Assembly (NCBI GenBank): GCA_002189035.1
Contig: NEEC01000010.1
Span: 1,488,001-1,552,000, forward strand
From: Utricularia gibba
Taxonomy: Eukaryota > Plantae > Magnoliophyta
Reading direction: 5' to 3'
Length of the DNA stretch: 64,000 nt
Each line of letters opens with the position of its first letter. Position 1 is the first letter of the stretch. Both the position numbers and the translations under genes were made by a program. Below are positions 51,862 through 64,000 of this stretch, piece after piece. Below the pieces are notes generated by a model. That model did not search any database. It was not told the origin of the DNA and saw only the letters and a list, made by a program, of their open reading frames with translations.

Positions 51862-52105
51862 CTTCAGCTGGATAATGTGCTTCAGAGATTGAGAAATACG
51901 ATACAAATCTTCTTCTAAAAAGGGGGGTAGAAATGAAATTTATTAAACGTTTGGATCCAACTTTAGAATAAACACTAACTTTGAGGCACGATCTGTAAAA
52001 TCCGAGAAGCAAACCCCGATAAACCTCGGAGAGTGCTGGAGAGTGGAGCGGCATCAAAACCTTATCCTCATTTCGCACTGCAGAGTAGAAGCAGAGACAG
52101 CGTCA

Positions 52106-53315
52106 ATGGCCGCCTCGCTTCGCTTCTTCTCCGTCGTTACTCCCCAGTCCCTCCACCGCGTAGGCGATGGCGCTGTCTCCGCTTCCTCTGCTCTCTTCTC
52201 CCACATTTCTCTAAACCCTCTCCCGAAACTCGATTCCACGCTTTCTTACAGTTGTGTTAAACCCATTTCCAAGTTCATCCGAAACGCTTCGATTTCATCT
52301 GCATATGATGAAGATGTTGAAGAAGAAGATGGCCCCGGCATGAACTTTTCTGGGTCTGGAGAGCCCAGTTTCTCCCCTAATTTGAAACTTTTTGTGGGTA
52401 ACTTGCCGTTCAGTGTGGACAGCGCTTGCCTTGCTGGTCTTTTTGAACAAGCTGGAAATGTTGAGATGGTTGAGGTACCCTATCAAAAAGTTCTTCTTTT
52501 TCCACCCTTAGTGACCTTAATTTTTCAGTCTTTTGGAGTAGCTGAATGCTTGTAGTTTTCTTGATTCATTTGTACCGGTAGTTTGGAGTAGCTGAATGCT
52601 TGCTCAAGTATTGTTGACGATTGAACTTAGAAAAGTCATGTCTTGTAAAATTTGTTAGGTTATCTACGACAAGACAACTGGAAGAAGCAGAGGTTTCGGA
52701 TTCGTGACAATGTCTACAATCGAGGAAGCAGAAGCCGCTGCCCAACAATTCAATGGATATGTAAGCTCAACACTTACACCCACACCATCCTTGATTTCTG
52801 ACTCGAAATGGGCCATTTTTGCAGGAACTTGATGGCAGAGCTTTGAGGGTGAACACCGGGCCACCGCCATCAAGAAGGGAAAACAACTTCTCATTCCCAG
52901 GATCTCGCTCAAGACCTCCAAGAACAGACAACTTCTCATTCCGCAGCTCTCGTCCGAGGACAACCATCGATAACGCCAACAGAGTTCATGTTGGTAATCT
53001 TGACTGGGGAGTAGACAATGAGGCCCTTGAAACCTTGTTTAGCAAACAAGGGAATGTGAAGGAAGCAACTGTCATTTACGACAGAGAGAATGGGAGATCG
53101 AGGGGCTTTGGATTCGTAACATACAGTTCCCCTGAAGAAGTCAGTAATGCTATCAGATCCTTGGATGGCATTGTAAGTTCCAAGCATGATGCCTGTGATT
53201 CATTCACGTTTAATAGCTAAGATGATGATCTAAGTATTTCATCCCTGTACAGGATCTCAATGGAAGATCAATTCGAGTTAGCGCAGCTGGAGCGCCTTCT
53301 AGACGTGAATTCTAG
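52106..53315 (+). CDS. CP29: Chloroplast RNA-binding protein, CP29/CP31 type (two RRMs), 4 exons
   Basis: Transit peptide, acidic stretch, RRM1 [22 protein letters not shown]2 [19 protein letters not shown]-terminus [20 protein letters not shown]. Confidence 0.9.
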
Positions 53316-54393
53316 CAGTATCAACAAGGTGAAGAAGACCACCTTTGAGCTATTTGTTTTGTGATGAAGACGTTTCTTGCTCTATTTCTCTTGCCTTCAC
53401 TATGTAGCCTAATGTTTTGAGATTTGAACGAAGACATCCTGTTCTTATTCAGTTTGCTCAGTCAGACAAATTCACAAACACATGATCAGCACGATAATCC
53501 GAGAGCGCGATTGGTTTCCTAACCGGAGATATCTATCTTTCTCTAGCTTTTCATCGTGGTTTCTTCACATCCTCCATCCCCCATTTCAGCATTCCCCGCA
53601 CTAGCTTCCTCTTGTGGCTCCTTTCCCACTTATCTGCAGAATCCTTCCACCTTCACCCCTTCCTTCTTAAGACGCTCCTTCCAATCGGTTCGAGCATCGG
53701 CAACGGAAAGGCGGGCGGAAGATCACGCACTCACTCAGAAAACGGATTGAAGTAACGGCTGCAGATGTCCCTTTTTCTTCTTGTTGTAGAGTCGGAGATG
53801 CAGCCAGTCATCAACCCTAAAAATTCCCCAGTTACATACAAAAGCTTCATTACGGTACATTTATCGTTTTTATTTTATTTTTTTAGTATACATTTATTGA
53901 AATTTTCAATCATATTTACCAAAACTTTTTATTGGAGTAAAATTTTTTAATCAAATTAACTATAGCTTTTATTTTAAATATATATATCCAATCTAATAAT
54001 ATCATATATATTATTCGTAATTGTTATTTATTATTATTATTTTAATTGGTTAGAAATGCAATCGAATATTCTTTGAATATAATATTAAAAGGAAGCACCG
54101 TACGTACGCCACCATTTTTGTTCCAGTTCCACCCACGCTTTTGGACTGTTACGATTTTTGGATGAGATGAGGAGGAGCGTCGGGTCGGGTCGGGTCCGGT
54201 CCAGGTACGCATTCGTATTGCTCGTACGTAAGCATCAATCAACGCGACACCACTTGTCTTTGTCTTTTTCGCCGAATGGAATCCACCCTCCCTGAATACC
54301 ACCTTGGGTTTCATCGGGGGGAGGTTTTTCTGCTGCTTTCTCACTCTTTTAAAACAATTCATTGTGTTCCTCCTCTCCCCCACAGCATCGAGA

Positions 54394-55384
54394 ATGGATT
54401 GGGTTTGGTTGACGGAGTTTCTGAAGGGGATGATCAAGCCGGCGGCGGCGCTGGCTGTGGTGGTCGTGGCGATCGCCCTGTCTTACTTGCAGAGACTGGG
54501 GCTGGAGTGGGAGATGGCCTACTCCATCTTCAGGGCGTTTTTGCAGCTGTCGATCATTGGCTTCGTGCTCCAGTTCATTTTTAACCAGAACAACGCCGGG
54601 TGGATCGTCGTCGCGTATCTCTTCATGGTATGCCGCCCCATTCCCTTCTTTGTCAACCACATACACACCACTCCCCTGGCTGATGAATGCGTCTGGATTC
54701 AATATGATTATTTTCAATATGATTTATTGGGGGATTGCTTTTGGAAAGGTGTGCGTTGCGGGTTACACGGCGGGCCAACGAGCCAAGCACGTGCCGAGGG
54801 GGATGTATGTCGCCGGCCTGTCGATCCTCGCCGGGACGGCGGTCACCATGTTCATGTTGGTCATGCTCAGGGTCTTCCCCTTCACGCCGAGATACATCAT
54901 ACCCGTCTCCGGGATGGTCGTCGGGAACGCGATGACGGTCACCGGAGTTACCATGAAGAAACTCCGTGATGACATCAAGATACAGATGAATCTGGTACCT
55001 CAGATGCACTTTCTTTCATTTCGTTACGTGTTACTCTTCTGAAAATAAGCGTGTGGTTCCCTGGTTTAGGTTGAGACTGCTCTTGCGCTAGGGGCAACGC
55101 CTCGTCAAGCGACGTTACAGCAAGTTAAAAGATCGCTGGTGATCGCATTGTCTCCGGTGCTGGACAATGCCAAAACGGTTGGGTTGATTTCGCTGCCGGG
55201 GGCGATGACGGGGCTGATAATGGGCGGCGCGTCGCCGGTGGAGGCGATCCAGTTGCAAATAGTGGTCATGAATATGCTGATCGGCGCCTCCACGGTGAGC
55301 AGCATCATGTCTACTTATCTCTGCTGGCCCTCCTTCTTCACCAGAGCTTATCAACTCGAAGCAGCAGTGTTCGCTGCTGAATGA
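54394..55384 (+). CDS. ALS3: ALUMINUM SENSITIVE 3 / STAR2-type ABC transporter membrane subunit, 3 exons
   Basis: EFLKGMIKP.AALAVV, RAFLQLSIIGFVLQFIF, FTPRYIIPVSGM.VGNAMTVTGV, VETALALGATPRQA, ISLPGAMTGLIMGGASPVEAIQLQIVV. Confidence 0.95.
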
Positions 55385-55633
55385 AGTTAATGGTGTTGCT
55401 TCTTGATTTTCAATTTGGATTTTCAATTTTAAATTGAATTTTTAATATTGTGTAATTAAATTTTGAAATAAAATAAATATGCATCATCTGGTAAATGGAG
55501 TTATGCTTCCTGTGCACGAGTCCGTTAATCTCTCCCGGGGGATCCGTCTTTGATGTCGGGGAAGACAAAAATAGAACGGAAGGAACTCATGTCCCAGTTC
55601 CTCCGGTGGCGGTTGTTTCCGACGAAGGAGAAG

Positions 55634-56678
55634 ATGGTACGCCGTCGTTTATGGCCTCGCTCGCATCTGGCTCTTTTCTTGTTCTCTTGCTCTGTTCTTC
55701 TGCTCTCTTCTCCAGGTAGTTTTCGTTTTTTTTTTTCCGAATTGCGAAACGGTTCGTCTTTCTGGGATGAATACGTGTTCCTGATTCTTTGCGACAATCA
55801 ATCAGCATTCGCATCCGCTGCAATGGTGACTCTCGACTCCATCGAGATATTCAAGATCCATGACCTAATCCCTTGGGATCCGACGATTTTCTTCCGGTGC
55901 AAAGGCGAAAACGACACCGTTTTACCTGACGTCAAACAGAAACACGTTCTATACCTCTTCAAAGGCGTGGAATCATGGCAGGTAACCGATGAACTCCAAA
56001 CACTAATGGACGATTTTTCCCCTGTCAATCTTTGTGAGAGAAGAAAAAATGTTCCCCTGTCCGGTTACAGCCTCTGACTAAACTCGAGGTTGTAAAATGC
56101 AAGCGATGTGGGATCTACGAGAGGACGGTCATACTATCGGAGGAGGAATTCGATGAATGGGAATTCTGTCCATCCGATTTTACCCGATCCGACGGCCGAT
56201 ACTTGCGATTCAAAGAGAAGGAGTTCAATGCAACATTCCTCTGCCCTCAATGCGTTCCTCTAGCAGGCGGTGAAGAATCTCACCTTCATCCAAATTACAA
56301 CCCGAATGATCATCACTCTGACAACTTTTTTTCCACATCCAGGTGCAAGGAGCAACTCTAGTTCACAGACAGGTTTTTCTAGCGACGCATCATCTTAAAT
56401 TTCAGGTTTACACACCAATCTAACTAAAGCAGTATCTGTGGAACTCAGATCACTCGTCTGAAGAAGAAGAGGATTCGGAGGAGATTCCATGGACCCTCGT
56501 CGGAGTGGCCGTGATTGTGGCATCAGGGTTGTTTGTCTGTGGCTTGGTATCTTCATGCAGGTGGTGGCAGCAAAGAAAAAGGAAGCAGCAACAAGCCCGG
56601 TTTCTGAAAATGTTCGAGGAAGCCGATGATGACTTCGAAGATGAACTGGGCATCGGCCCTCTGAGCAACACAATTTGA
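55634..56678 (+). CDS. Uncharacterised conserved single-pass membrane protein (At3g53490-like)
   Basis: Signal peptide, VTLDSIEIFK.HD..PTIFF.CKGEN.TVLPDVK, FKG.ESWQ / PLT, KCKRCG.YE, FDEWEFCPSDF, TM, then RKRKQQQARFLKMFEE.DDDFEDELG. Internal exon boundaries near 56270-56400 uncertain. Confidence 0.82.
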
Positions 56679-57192
56679 GCTGAGCATACACACTAAAAAG
56701 TTTCCAGTATGAGGCCAAGGTGATAGAGTAGAGTAGCTCATCTCTGGTAGTTGGTAATGACGACATCTTCTCTTCTCGACCCGAAGAAATATTCCCCACC
56801 GTACGCCTCTGCTCTAAATTCCCACGACACACATTTGGTCCCTCGGCTATTATTATTATTATTTATTGGAGCTTAATTTATATAATGAAATTTGATACGA
56901 GGTAATACTTGAAATGAATTACTATTTTTTATTATTTTCATTCATAAAAAATATTACCTCATAATTGCAATTAAATTATAGTTCAATCGATTGGATGACA
57001 ATTAATTTTTATCTACTTTAAAAATACTCAAATTTAATGTAATTTATTTCATACAAATCCAAAACGCCTCAATCTCAGTTTTTTAAACAACTTAATTTTA
57101 ACGGGTTGACTGCTGTGCTCTTTGACAAGAACGCCATCCAACATCTCTCTTAATTCCTTAGTCGTATTATATTTTTATGGCTACTCTGTTTG

Positions 57193-59067
57193 TCAATCAC
57201 TGAGAACACCATGCTCGGTCTTGTCTCCAACGGATGAAGAAGAACGACGGCGGAAATTTGACGGCCACCTACCACTCTCGTCGCCAAAGAACAAGTCGGA
57301 TAAGTGGTGACCAACGTCCTCAGGGGCATATCTGAGAATTGCCGCAGGATACCTTTCACTCTCTATCACCTTCTTCGCGTTCGCGTCGTAAAACTCGCGG
57401 TACCGATGGAATATCCCGTTGGCGATGGCGGTTTTTATCTGATCGCGGAGCTTGTTGTCCGGTACGACGCAGGCGCAATGCTTTCTGTACGCGTCGTTGA
57501 ACGACGAATTAAACTTCTGGAAATTGTCCCTGATCTTCTCCGGCGTCATGTCTCCCTCGCTGATGGATTCCACCACGCGGTTCCATCCTAGCCGTTGGTA
57601 GTTCGCCGCGAACTGCTTCACTTTCGCCTCGTGGTTTGATATCCATTCCTCGCTTAGGAGGTATTTCAGATTCGATGTACGGACTTTCCTGATGATGTAC
57701 TGGAGGTTGTTGGCGAGGAAGAGATACGAGAGGGAGACGTCCTTGTAGTGAGTCGCTTTGGCGTCGAGCTTGCAGAGGAGGACGAGAATCAGCCATGCCA
57801 TTTTCACGGAGATCGGCGGCGACGGCGACGCCGCGTGTTCGAATGATTCCGGTAGCGATTTCTTCGGTTGGGACTCAGTGAGTATATCTGGCAAAATATC
57901 GGTGTAATCCGCGAGATAGGTGAGATAATCAGTGGCATCGATGGTCAGTTGGTGGATCCCGGCGCCAGCGGTGCCTTTTCTGGAGGAATCTCTGAGAATG
58001 GAGGACTCGAAATCGTCCACGGCCTCGCGTATGAACTCCGCGAGCTTCATTAGCGATGTGATAGCCTGCGACTTAATGGGATTCGTGGATTTTGAGGAGA
58101 AAATGGAGTCGATTTCCGGCCAGAGTTTGGCCATGGCGGCGTACATATCCAGGGCACGGTGACCGTTTTCCGCTTTCTTCTTGGTATTTTTAGCAACTTT
58201 CTCCGGAAAAGCGAACAGAATCATCGCTCCGTCTTTGGTGACTTCTTTGAAGCAGGATTCTCGGACATGATCGCCGTTCGTGAAAACGGTATCGCAGAGG
58301 ATTCTCTCGCCGTTAAACAGAGTCTTCACCGCCATCGTCATGGCGTTAGTCCAATTACAGACTTTCAGATCCAGTGTGTCCGAATCCATTTTCTGGATCT
58401 GGGATGAGGTGAGTTTCTCCACTCCAAGCTTGTAGATCCCTTCGTCGACGATTGACTTGCGAATCGCTGCGTAAATCTTCAAGCAATCCTCCGCGAAACC
58501 TGTCGACGTCATACATTCCGCGATCATTCTAAGATCGGCAATGGCCGTCATCGAATCGTCTTCGATTTCACTGTTCGATATCGAATCGACTTCTCCTTCC
58601 TCTTCTTCTTCTTCTTCTTCATAATCCGACATTGACAGTCTCGACGCAAAGGAGGTTCTCCGAGAAGATCTCGCTGAGATAAACTTTGGATCAAGATGAG
58701 CGCGATTCATCGACAAAATCTGGTAAAACTCCTTTTGAAGCCTCCTCATAGCGATGTGCATCAGATTCTGCGCTCGGATCATCTTATCAGAGATCTTACT
58801 CGCCGTTTCCATCGCTATAAGATGCATAGCCTTACGCAAATTCATAACGCACTTGACGAACTCCACCGCCTCGCGTCGATTTCCGGCGAAGAGAGCAGCG
58901 GAGGAGGTGTTGATGTTCCATTTCATAATGAGTGGCTCCGCCAATTCGAGACTCCTGTCGGCGGCCATATCGGAGTAGCTTCGCCACGTCGGGGCGGCGA
59001 ATCGCGACGGAGAACCGTAAGAGGAAGGTGAAGTGGAGGACTTGGGGGAGAAGAAGAGGCTTCCCAT
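57193..59067 (-). CDS. EXO70H: Exocyst subunit EXO70, H clade (intronless, ~624 aa from first ATG)
   Basis: LF..NR.EA..F, AQNLM.IAM.RLQKEFYQILS, DLR.IAECM...G....C.KIY...RKSIVDEG, LF.GERILCD.VF, LSYLFLANNLQY, CVVPD.KLRD.IK. Confidence 0.92.
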   Translation of the reverse strand: MGSLFFSPKSSTSPSSYGSPSRFAAPTWRSYSDMAADRSLELAEPLIMKWNINTSSAALFAGNRREAVEFVKCVMNLRKAMHLIAMETASKISDKMIRAQNLMHIAMRRLQKEFYQILSMNRAHLDPKFISARSSRRTSFASRLSMSDYEEEEEEEEGEVDSISNSEIEDDSMTAIADLRMIAECMTSTGFAEDCLKIYAAIRKSIVDEGIYKLGVEKLTSSQIQKMDSDTLDLKVCNWTNAMTMAVKTLFNGERILCDTVFTNGDHVRESCFKEVTKDGAMILFAFPEKVAKNTKKKAENGHRALDMYAAMAKLWPEIDSIFSSKSTNPIKSQAITSLMKLAEFIREAVDDFESSILRDSSRKGTAGAGIHQLTIDATDYLTYLADYTDILPDILTESQPKKSLPESFEHAASPSPPISVKMAWLILVLLCKLDAKATHYKDVSLSYLFLANNLQYIIRKVRTSNLKYLLSEEWISNHEAKVKQFAANYQRLGWNRVVESISEGDMTPEKIRDNFQKFNSSFNDAYRKHCACVVPDNKLRDQIKTAIANGIFHRYREFYDANAKKVIESERYPAAILRYAPEDVGHHLSDLFFGDESGRWPSNFRRRSSSSVGDKTEHGVLSD

Positions 59068-61318
59068 TCCTTCCCCGTGTCCGTAACTTGGCTCCTTCGC
59101 TCCTTCCTCCAAGTGAGCGAGGAATGGGAGCCGCTGCGGGCGGCATTTGTAGGCGGACGCGGACACCGACACCGTGTGGGGATTGGACCTCAGGAAGCAG
59201 ATTTCTCGGAATTATTTTCCTTTTCCCCGACTTTTACCAAATCCTGATTCAACGACACGGGATGACGTGGCCTCACCAAATGATGACGTGGCTGAATCCC
59301 TTTGATCATACATGACTATGCCAATTAGCAAAGTAATTAATAGTTCCTACTCCCCCAGATTCTGATCATAGACTATTTCCAAGGAAGGAAAGAATAGATA
59401 GATCTTCTCTTAGAAAAAAATAAATAGAAGATATAATTTTTTACTATAAAAAAAACAACAACCATACAAATTCTCTGTGTAGAAAATATTTACTGTCATT
59501 AAATTTGAGGTGAAACTTCCTACTCCATAAAAACCTCTCTAGGAATCATCATTAAATGTCTCAGTAAAATTGTGTTTTCAGATATGCTGGATGCAAAAAG
59601 TGGAGACTTTCTTCCAAAAAAAATGTCGGATACATGGGTATTTGTTCTGGAATTTGGACTCCACATGACCCATCGGTTAACCGCTAACTTGAACTGAATT
59701 AACCGATATCTGAAAAAAAAAACGATACATAAAATTATCAAATCATTATTATTATTTATTTTATTTGATTTTGATGCCATTTTATCATTTTTTTTTATTA
59801 TATTTATTTTATGCTCATTAACTTCATATTGAAATTATTTTATTATTATATAATATTTATATGTTGATTTTTATTAAAAACTCAATTGATACTTTATACA
59901 AAAACATTTAAAATATTTTTTTTTAACAAACGGATAAATCGATACCATCACAAAAACCGTCCGATACAGGTAATATTTGTTGCTCTGATTTCGGAAATTA
60001 GGATTTAATTTTAGTTATGAATATTTGAAAATTAAATTAAGGTTCATTCAATGATGTTTAATATCATAGAAAATTGTAGCCTAGGAAGAATAAAAGTGGA
60101 GTGTTGCGAGTTTGCTTCTCTAAAATTTAAGAAATAGGACTTGATTTTCAGAATGGAATTTCTAAAAAAAAAAGATTTTACATCCTTTATACACGGTATT
60201 TATACTGAAAATAATCTCTAATAATTAGAATGGAATCACACTTATTATTTACTTACCAAATAAGTTACAAAATTCTATTTTATCTCGTAAAGTAATTAAT
60301 ATTTTGATGATGAGGCTTGCAGTTTACTCCTTTGACTGGGCTGCCCCATTTTTTTCCGTGTGTTGTTAATAAGGTTTAATTTCCTGTATTTAAACACATA
60401 TTTCCTTTTTCCAGATTCGAATCCAGTGAAGCTTGGTTCCACCACAGACTTGCCACCAATCACCCAAAAAAGTGCATCTCAGAAAAACTGCCAAATGAAA
60501 ACATGTACATGTCGTAAATGCAGTCCACCGTGTACTGTACAGATTCAACTATTAGATACATGGATTTGAAGACATATATACGTATTCACGTATATATATC
60601 TAAAATTAAAAAAATAAGAAAAAAAATATGAAATTATTATTATTCAATAAACTAATTCAAATTTTCAATTATAGTTTGATTTTATTTCACTCGTGATTGT
60701 GAGGATTAGCTTTTTTGATTCTCTTTTAATTTATCATGCATAATATATATTAGTCAAACTAGGAGATATTGATTATAGAGATAAATATGTGTTAAGTATA
60801 CTAATTTATTATTAAATAATCTTGAAAGTGAGTTTACTTAATTGGTTAATATTCATCTTGATATTTCCGATATCATATTTCTTTTTTAAATATTGACGTA
60901 TGTAGTATTTAAATATTTACATATTTGATTTATTATTTTATTATTAATCATTACATTTAAGATTTTATATATTAAGATAATTTTTTTATTTTATTTTTTA
61001 AATATATTAATTTTTAATAAATATGTTTATTTTATACACAGATACATCTAAATTTCATAAATCTCCCTAAACTCACACTTGTGCATCATAGATAGTCGGG
61101 GTTTAAACATACCACATCCCCAACCAACCGCCTTCACATTCCATGCTAACTTCTCTGAACTTAGTTTGGTGTTGTAAACCAGTGAATCTAACCTTCTAAG
61201 AGCTTGCGTCAAAGAAGATGGATTCCAGTTTCTGGTCACGATAAAATTTTCAGGCAACATTCAAGCAGAAAAGAGAGTATGCAAGTAAATAAGCAGCAAA
61301 TCCTACACGCACTCTGTC

Positions 61319-62413
61319 CTGCCTGGATGAGATTCTGCTCCTGGTATGCATCCGAACCCAATATCTATATTTTGGCAGCTTAACATCTATTTCACTGCTT
61401 TTTCCAGCATAGCATAGCATTCCCAGAGGACATATGACATTGTAAGAGAATCTGGGATGGTAACTGATATGAGTATCCAAGCCGACTTGTCCAGAAGTTT
61501 AGATGATGATGCATAGCATGAAAAAAAAACACATAGGAATACTTGCTTGAGTATACTTCGCCCCACATGTCACCAGCGAAGGAGCCAACATCAGCTTGTA
61601 AGCTGGCGATATCTAACTGGTGAATAGCATGGAAAAAACACTCGAAGTTAACAGATTGAGGAAGAACATCAATTGCCAGCAATCCAGTCAACCGAAAGAA
61701 AACCAATTTAGGCATAACTCTACTGTTCAAGAATGTCTGAAAATGCTGGAGAAAGAGGCTCAATGATACAATTTGCCACCTTCTAGGCGTCGACAACATC
61801 TAATTTGTTGATGAGTAACAAATATTTTGCAGCCAAGACGTTCCTCCAACTCCCCATCAGCCCCTCAAGGAACCCATGTTTATTCCCGTAGCTTTGGGTC
61901 TGCTTGGTTCCAATGGCCAAGATCTTCCCTTATCCTCCGTTCATCACAATATACAAAGACATGGAAGAATCTGATGTGCCATATTACCACAAAATATATG
62001 TCTAATGTATGTGGTGTGACGAGCGTGCAGTCAAACCAGGTTCTTCTTGGCACTGCATGATCCATGAGACAGCATCCTCTGGGGCTACGGCATCAAGCTT
62101 CTATGTTATCCAGAGCAGTCAATCCTCAGTAAGCACCACTTAGTCTCAAGTGTTCCATCACCGCAGAGCAATAAAAAGAATTTCATAGGAATCATTGGAC
62201 TGCTTTATGCGGATCAGTAGACCAATGCAAAGTCCGCTCCTTTTCATGGAATTGGAAGGCTGGAATGGGATACCAAATAGCACTAGCAGTACGCTGAAAA
62301 ACGTTCGATATTTCAGAAAACAGTAGCAAGATGTTCGGACATTTCTGCCTTAAAGAAGATTCTGCCACCGTAAGGATGTATTTCGCACGCTTTTCCACCT
62401 TGAGCTCCCCCAT
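61319..62413 (-). pseudogene. RGTB: Rab geranylgeranyltransferase (type II) beta-subunit pseudogene, introns partly retained
   Basis: Remnants MGELKVEKRAKYILTV; KLDAVAPEDAVSWIMQCQ; FCGNMAH; IASLQADVGSFAGDMWGEV; FSYNVIC; EKAVK*MLSCQNIDIGFGCIPGAESHPG. In-frame TAG at 61387-61389, a frameshift, and missing exons. Confidence 0.85.
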
Positions 62414-63009
62414 TTCTGTCATCTATGCAACCATCCATCTCAAGATTCAAAATTGAAAACATTCTTCCATCGACAGATTCAAATCATAGACAACAGCCAG
62501 GAAAAAACATAACCGGAAAAACCTGAATTGCATACGAGCCAATTACGCTATCAAAAACTCATCGCGTATCCAATTTCCAAGGTAACCTTTACCACGGAAG
62601 ACTGCGTGGAGGTGAGGCCCTCTCGTGATCAGGTTTTGAATTTTAACGGGGGTGAAAGAACCTTTTTTTATTGTTTGTCGAAGTGGGTGGATAAAAACCC
62701 CAGAAATGGCATACCCCACTTTCAAACTGGACACTGAATGCCTTGGGCCCTTGGCTTCCTGTCTGTTGTTCAGAGAGGTTATTGCTTAGCTGCAGCTATG
62801 GAGTGCAAAGTAGCTCACAATTTTTCCATTCTACGCAAACAAACACAAAGTTCTTTCTTTTCCTCAACTTCGATCTGCCATTAGCTCAGAGATCAACACC
62901 ATCCCAGATCCTATTGTATTTGAAGTTTGTTTTTACGCGTGATTGCGTAATTGTTGAAGTTCACAATTTTCAGTGTGGTTGTCGGAATCCCGATCACCCC
63001 TCTTCATCG

Positions 63010-64000
63010 ATGAAGCAACTGCATAAGCAGTCTACAAGCGCCCGTAAGGATGAGGAGATGCCGTTTCATGAAACCCCGCCTTCCTCGCCAAAATCCTACA
63101 AGAACCCTAGATCCATCCCGCGATCACTCAATTACATTATCAAAGAGCAACGCCTTCTGTTTGTTTTCCTCGGGATCTTGATTGGATCCACATTCTTCGT
63201 AATTCAGCCTGCGCTTTCCCGTCTTTCCTCTTCAGAAACTCGCGTTCGAATTTCCAGCACGTTCCGTGAATCAATTGATACCTATGGCAATCAAAACCGG
63301 TATGTTTATCGGGCAGGTAGGGTCCCGGCAGCGATTGGGAATCGGAGGAAACGGATTCTTGTTACTGGTGGAGCTGGGTTTGTGGGGAGCCATTTGGTTG
63401 ATAAGTTGATCTCCAGAGGGGATGAAGTTATTGTGATTGACAATTTTTTTACTGGAAGAAAGGAGAATGTGGTGCATTTGTTTGGGAATCCAAGGTTTGA
63501 GCTTATTAGGCATGATGTGGTGGATCCAATTTTGCTGGAGGTGGATCAGATTTACCATTTGGCTTGCCCTGCTTCTCCTGTGCATTATAAGTATAATCCA
63601 GTCAAGACAATCATATCCTTTTGTACTTGTTTATCTGCTTAGGTTGTCTTGTGTGCACCTTCTGCTGCAATATGGATCATTGGCATGTTGTATCTGCTGA
63701 CTCTGTTCTGTTCTCATGGATATATTTTTCTGTAGAGTGATTTGCGTCATACTGTAAATGAGCTTGGTGTCCTTGACATATGATAACAAGACAAATGTCA
63801 TGGGAACACTGAACATGTTGGGTCTTGCTAAGAGAATTGGAGCAAGGTTCCTCCTTACTAGCACAAGTGAAGTTTATGGTGACCCTCTGGAGCATCCTCA
63901 AAAGGAGACATATTGGGGACATGTGAACCCAATTGGTGAGTAATGCTATTTATTTGGTACCACTCCTGGTTCTCTGGCTAAAATCATGGTTATCAGGTGA
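63010..64000 (+). CDS. UXS1: Membrane-anchored UDP-glucuronate decarboxylase (UDP-xylose synthase), 5' part; runs off the window
   Basis: [23 protein letters not shown] anchor, [42 protein letters not shown] / [31 protein letters not shown]. Confidence 0.95.
63613..63787 (+). other. U12-type AT-AC intron in UXS1
   Basis: 5' ATATCCTTTT, branch TCCTTGAC at 63770-63777, terminal AC; splicing joins NPVKTI to KTNVMG in frame. Confidence 0.93.

Noticed and set aside
9554-59067. Defence or biosynthetic gene cluster (PP2, LRR-XII, UGT73, ALS3, EXO70H)
   Set aside because: No shared pathway. As recalled, several of these families (PP2-A15, UGT73, SGR6, CP29, ALS3, UXS1) are also near one another in Arabidopsis, so ancestral synteny is enough to explain it.
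59068-59172. 35-aa N-terminal extension of EXO70H from a non-ATG start
   Set aside because: No ATG and no supporting motif; the first ATG at 59067 fits the family.

Overview
AT-rich, intron-containing plant (eudicot-like) nuclear DNA. All homology calls are from recalled protein motifs; no search was run. Left end: 3' end of an At5g03900-like gene, a frameshifted BUD31 pseudogene, an AT-hook/PPC (AHL) gene and an F-box PP2-A15 gene. The 9.5-34 kb region looks like a decayed tandem duplication of a PP2-A15 + LRR-XII receptor kinase block. Copy 1 keeps PP2-A15 and copy 2 keeps the receptor. The region is filled with a LINE fragment, a Copia element carrying a nested solo LTR, MULE and hAT remnants, hAT MITEs, and two inverted pieces of the receptor's LRR-coding sequence. 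Right half: UGT73, SGR6 (apparent 1-nt frameshift in exon 1, a U12 intron and a GC-AG intron), intron-containing tRNA-Tyr, thylakoid lumenal 15 kDa protein, CP29-like RNP, ALS3, an At3g53490-like membrane protein, EXO70H, a RabGGT-beta pseudogene and the start of UXS1 (AT-AC U12 intron). The most interesting candidates are the inverted LRR copy 1.1 kb upstream of the intact receptor (possible hairpin/siRNA source), the SGR6 exon-1 frameshift with a possible tandem-acceptor rescue, and a tRNA placed where the 3' UTR of a same-strand mRNA is expected. No previously undescribed system is demonstrated by the sequence alone.
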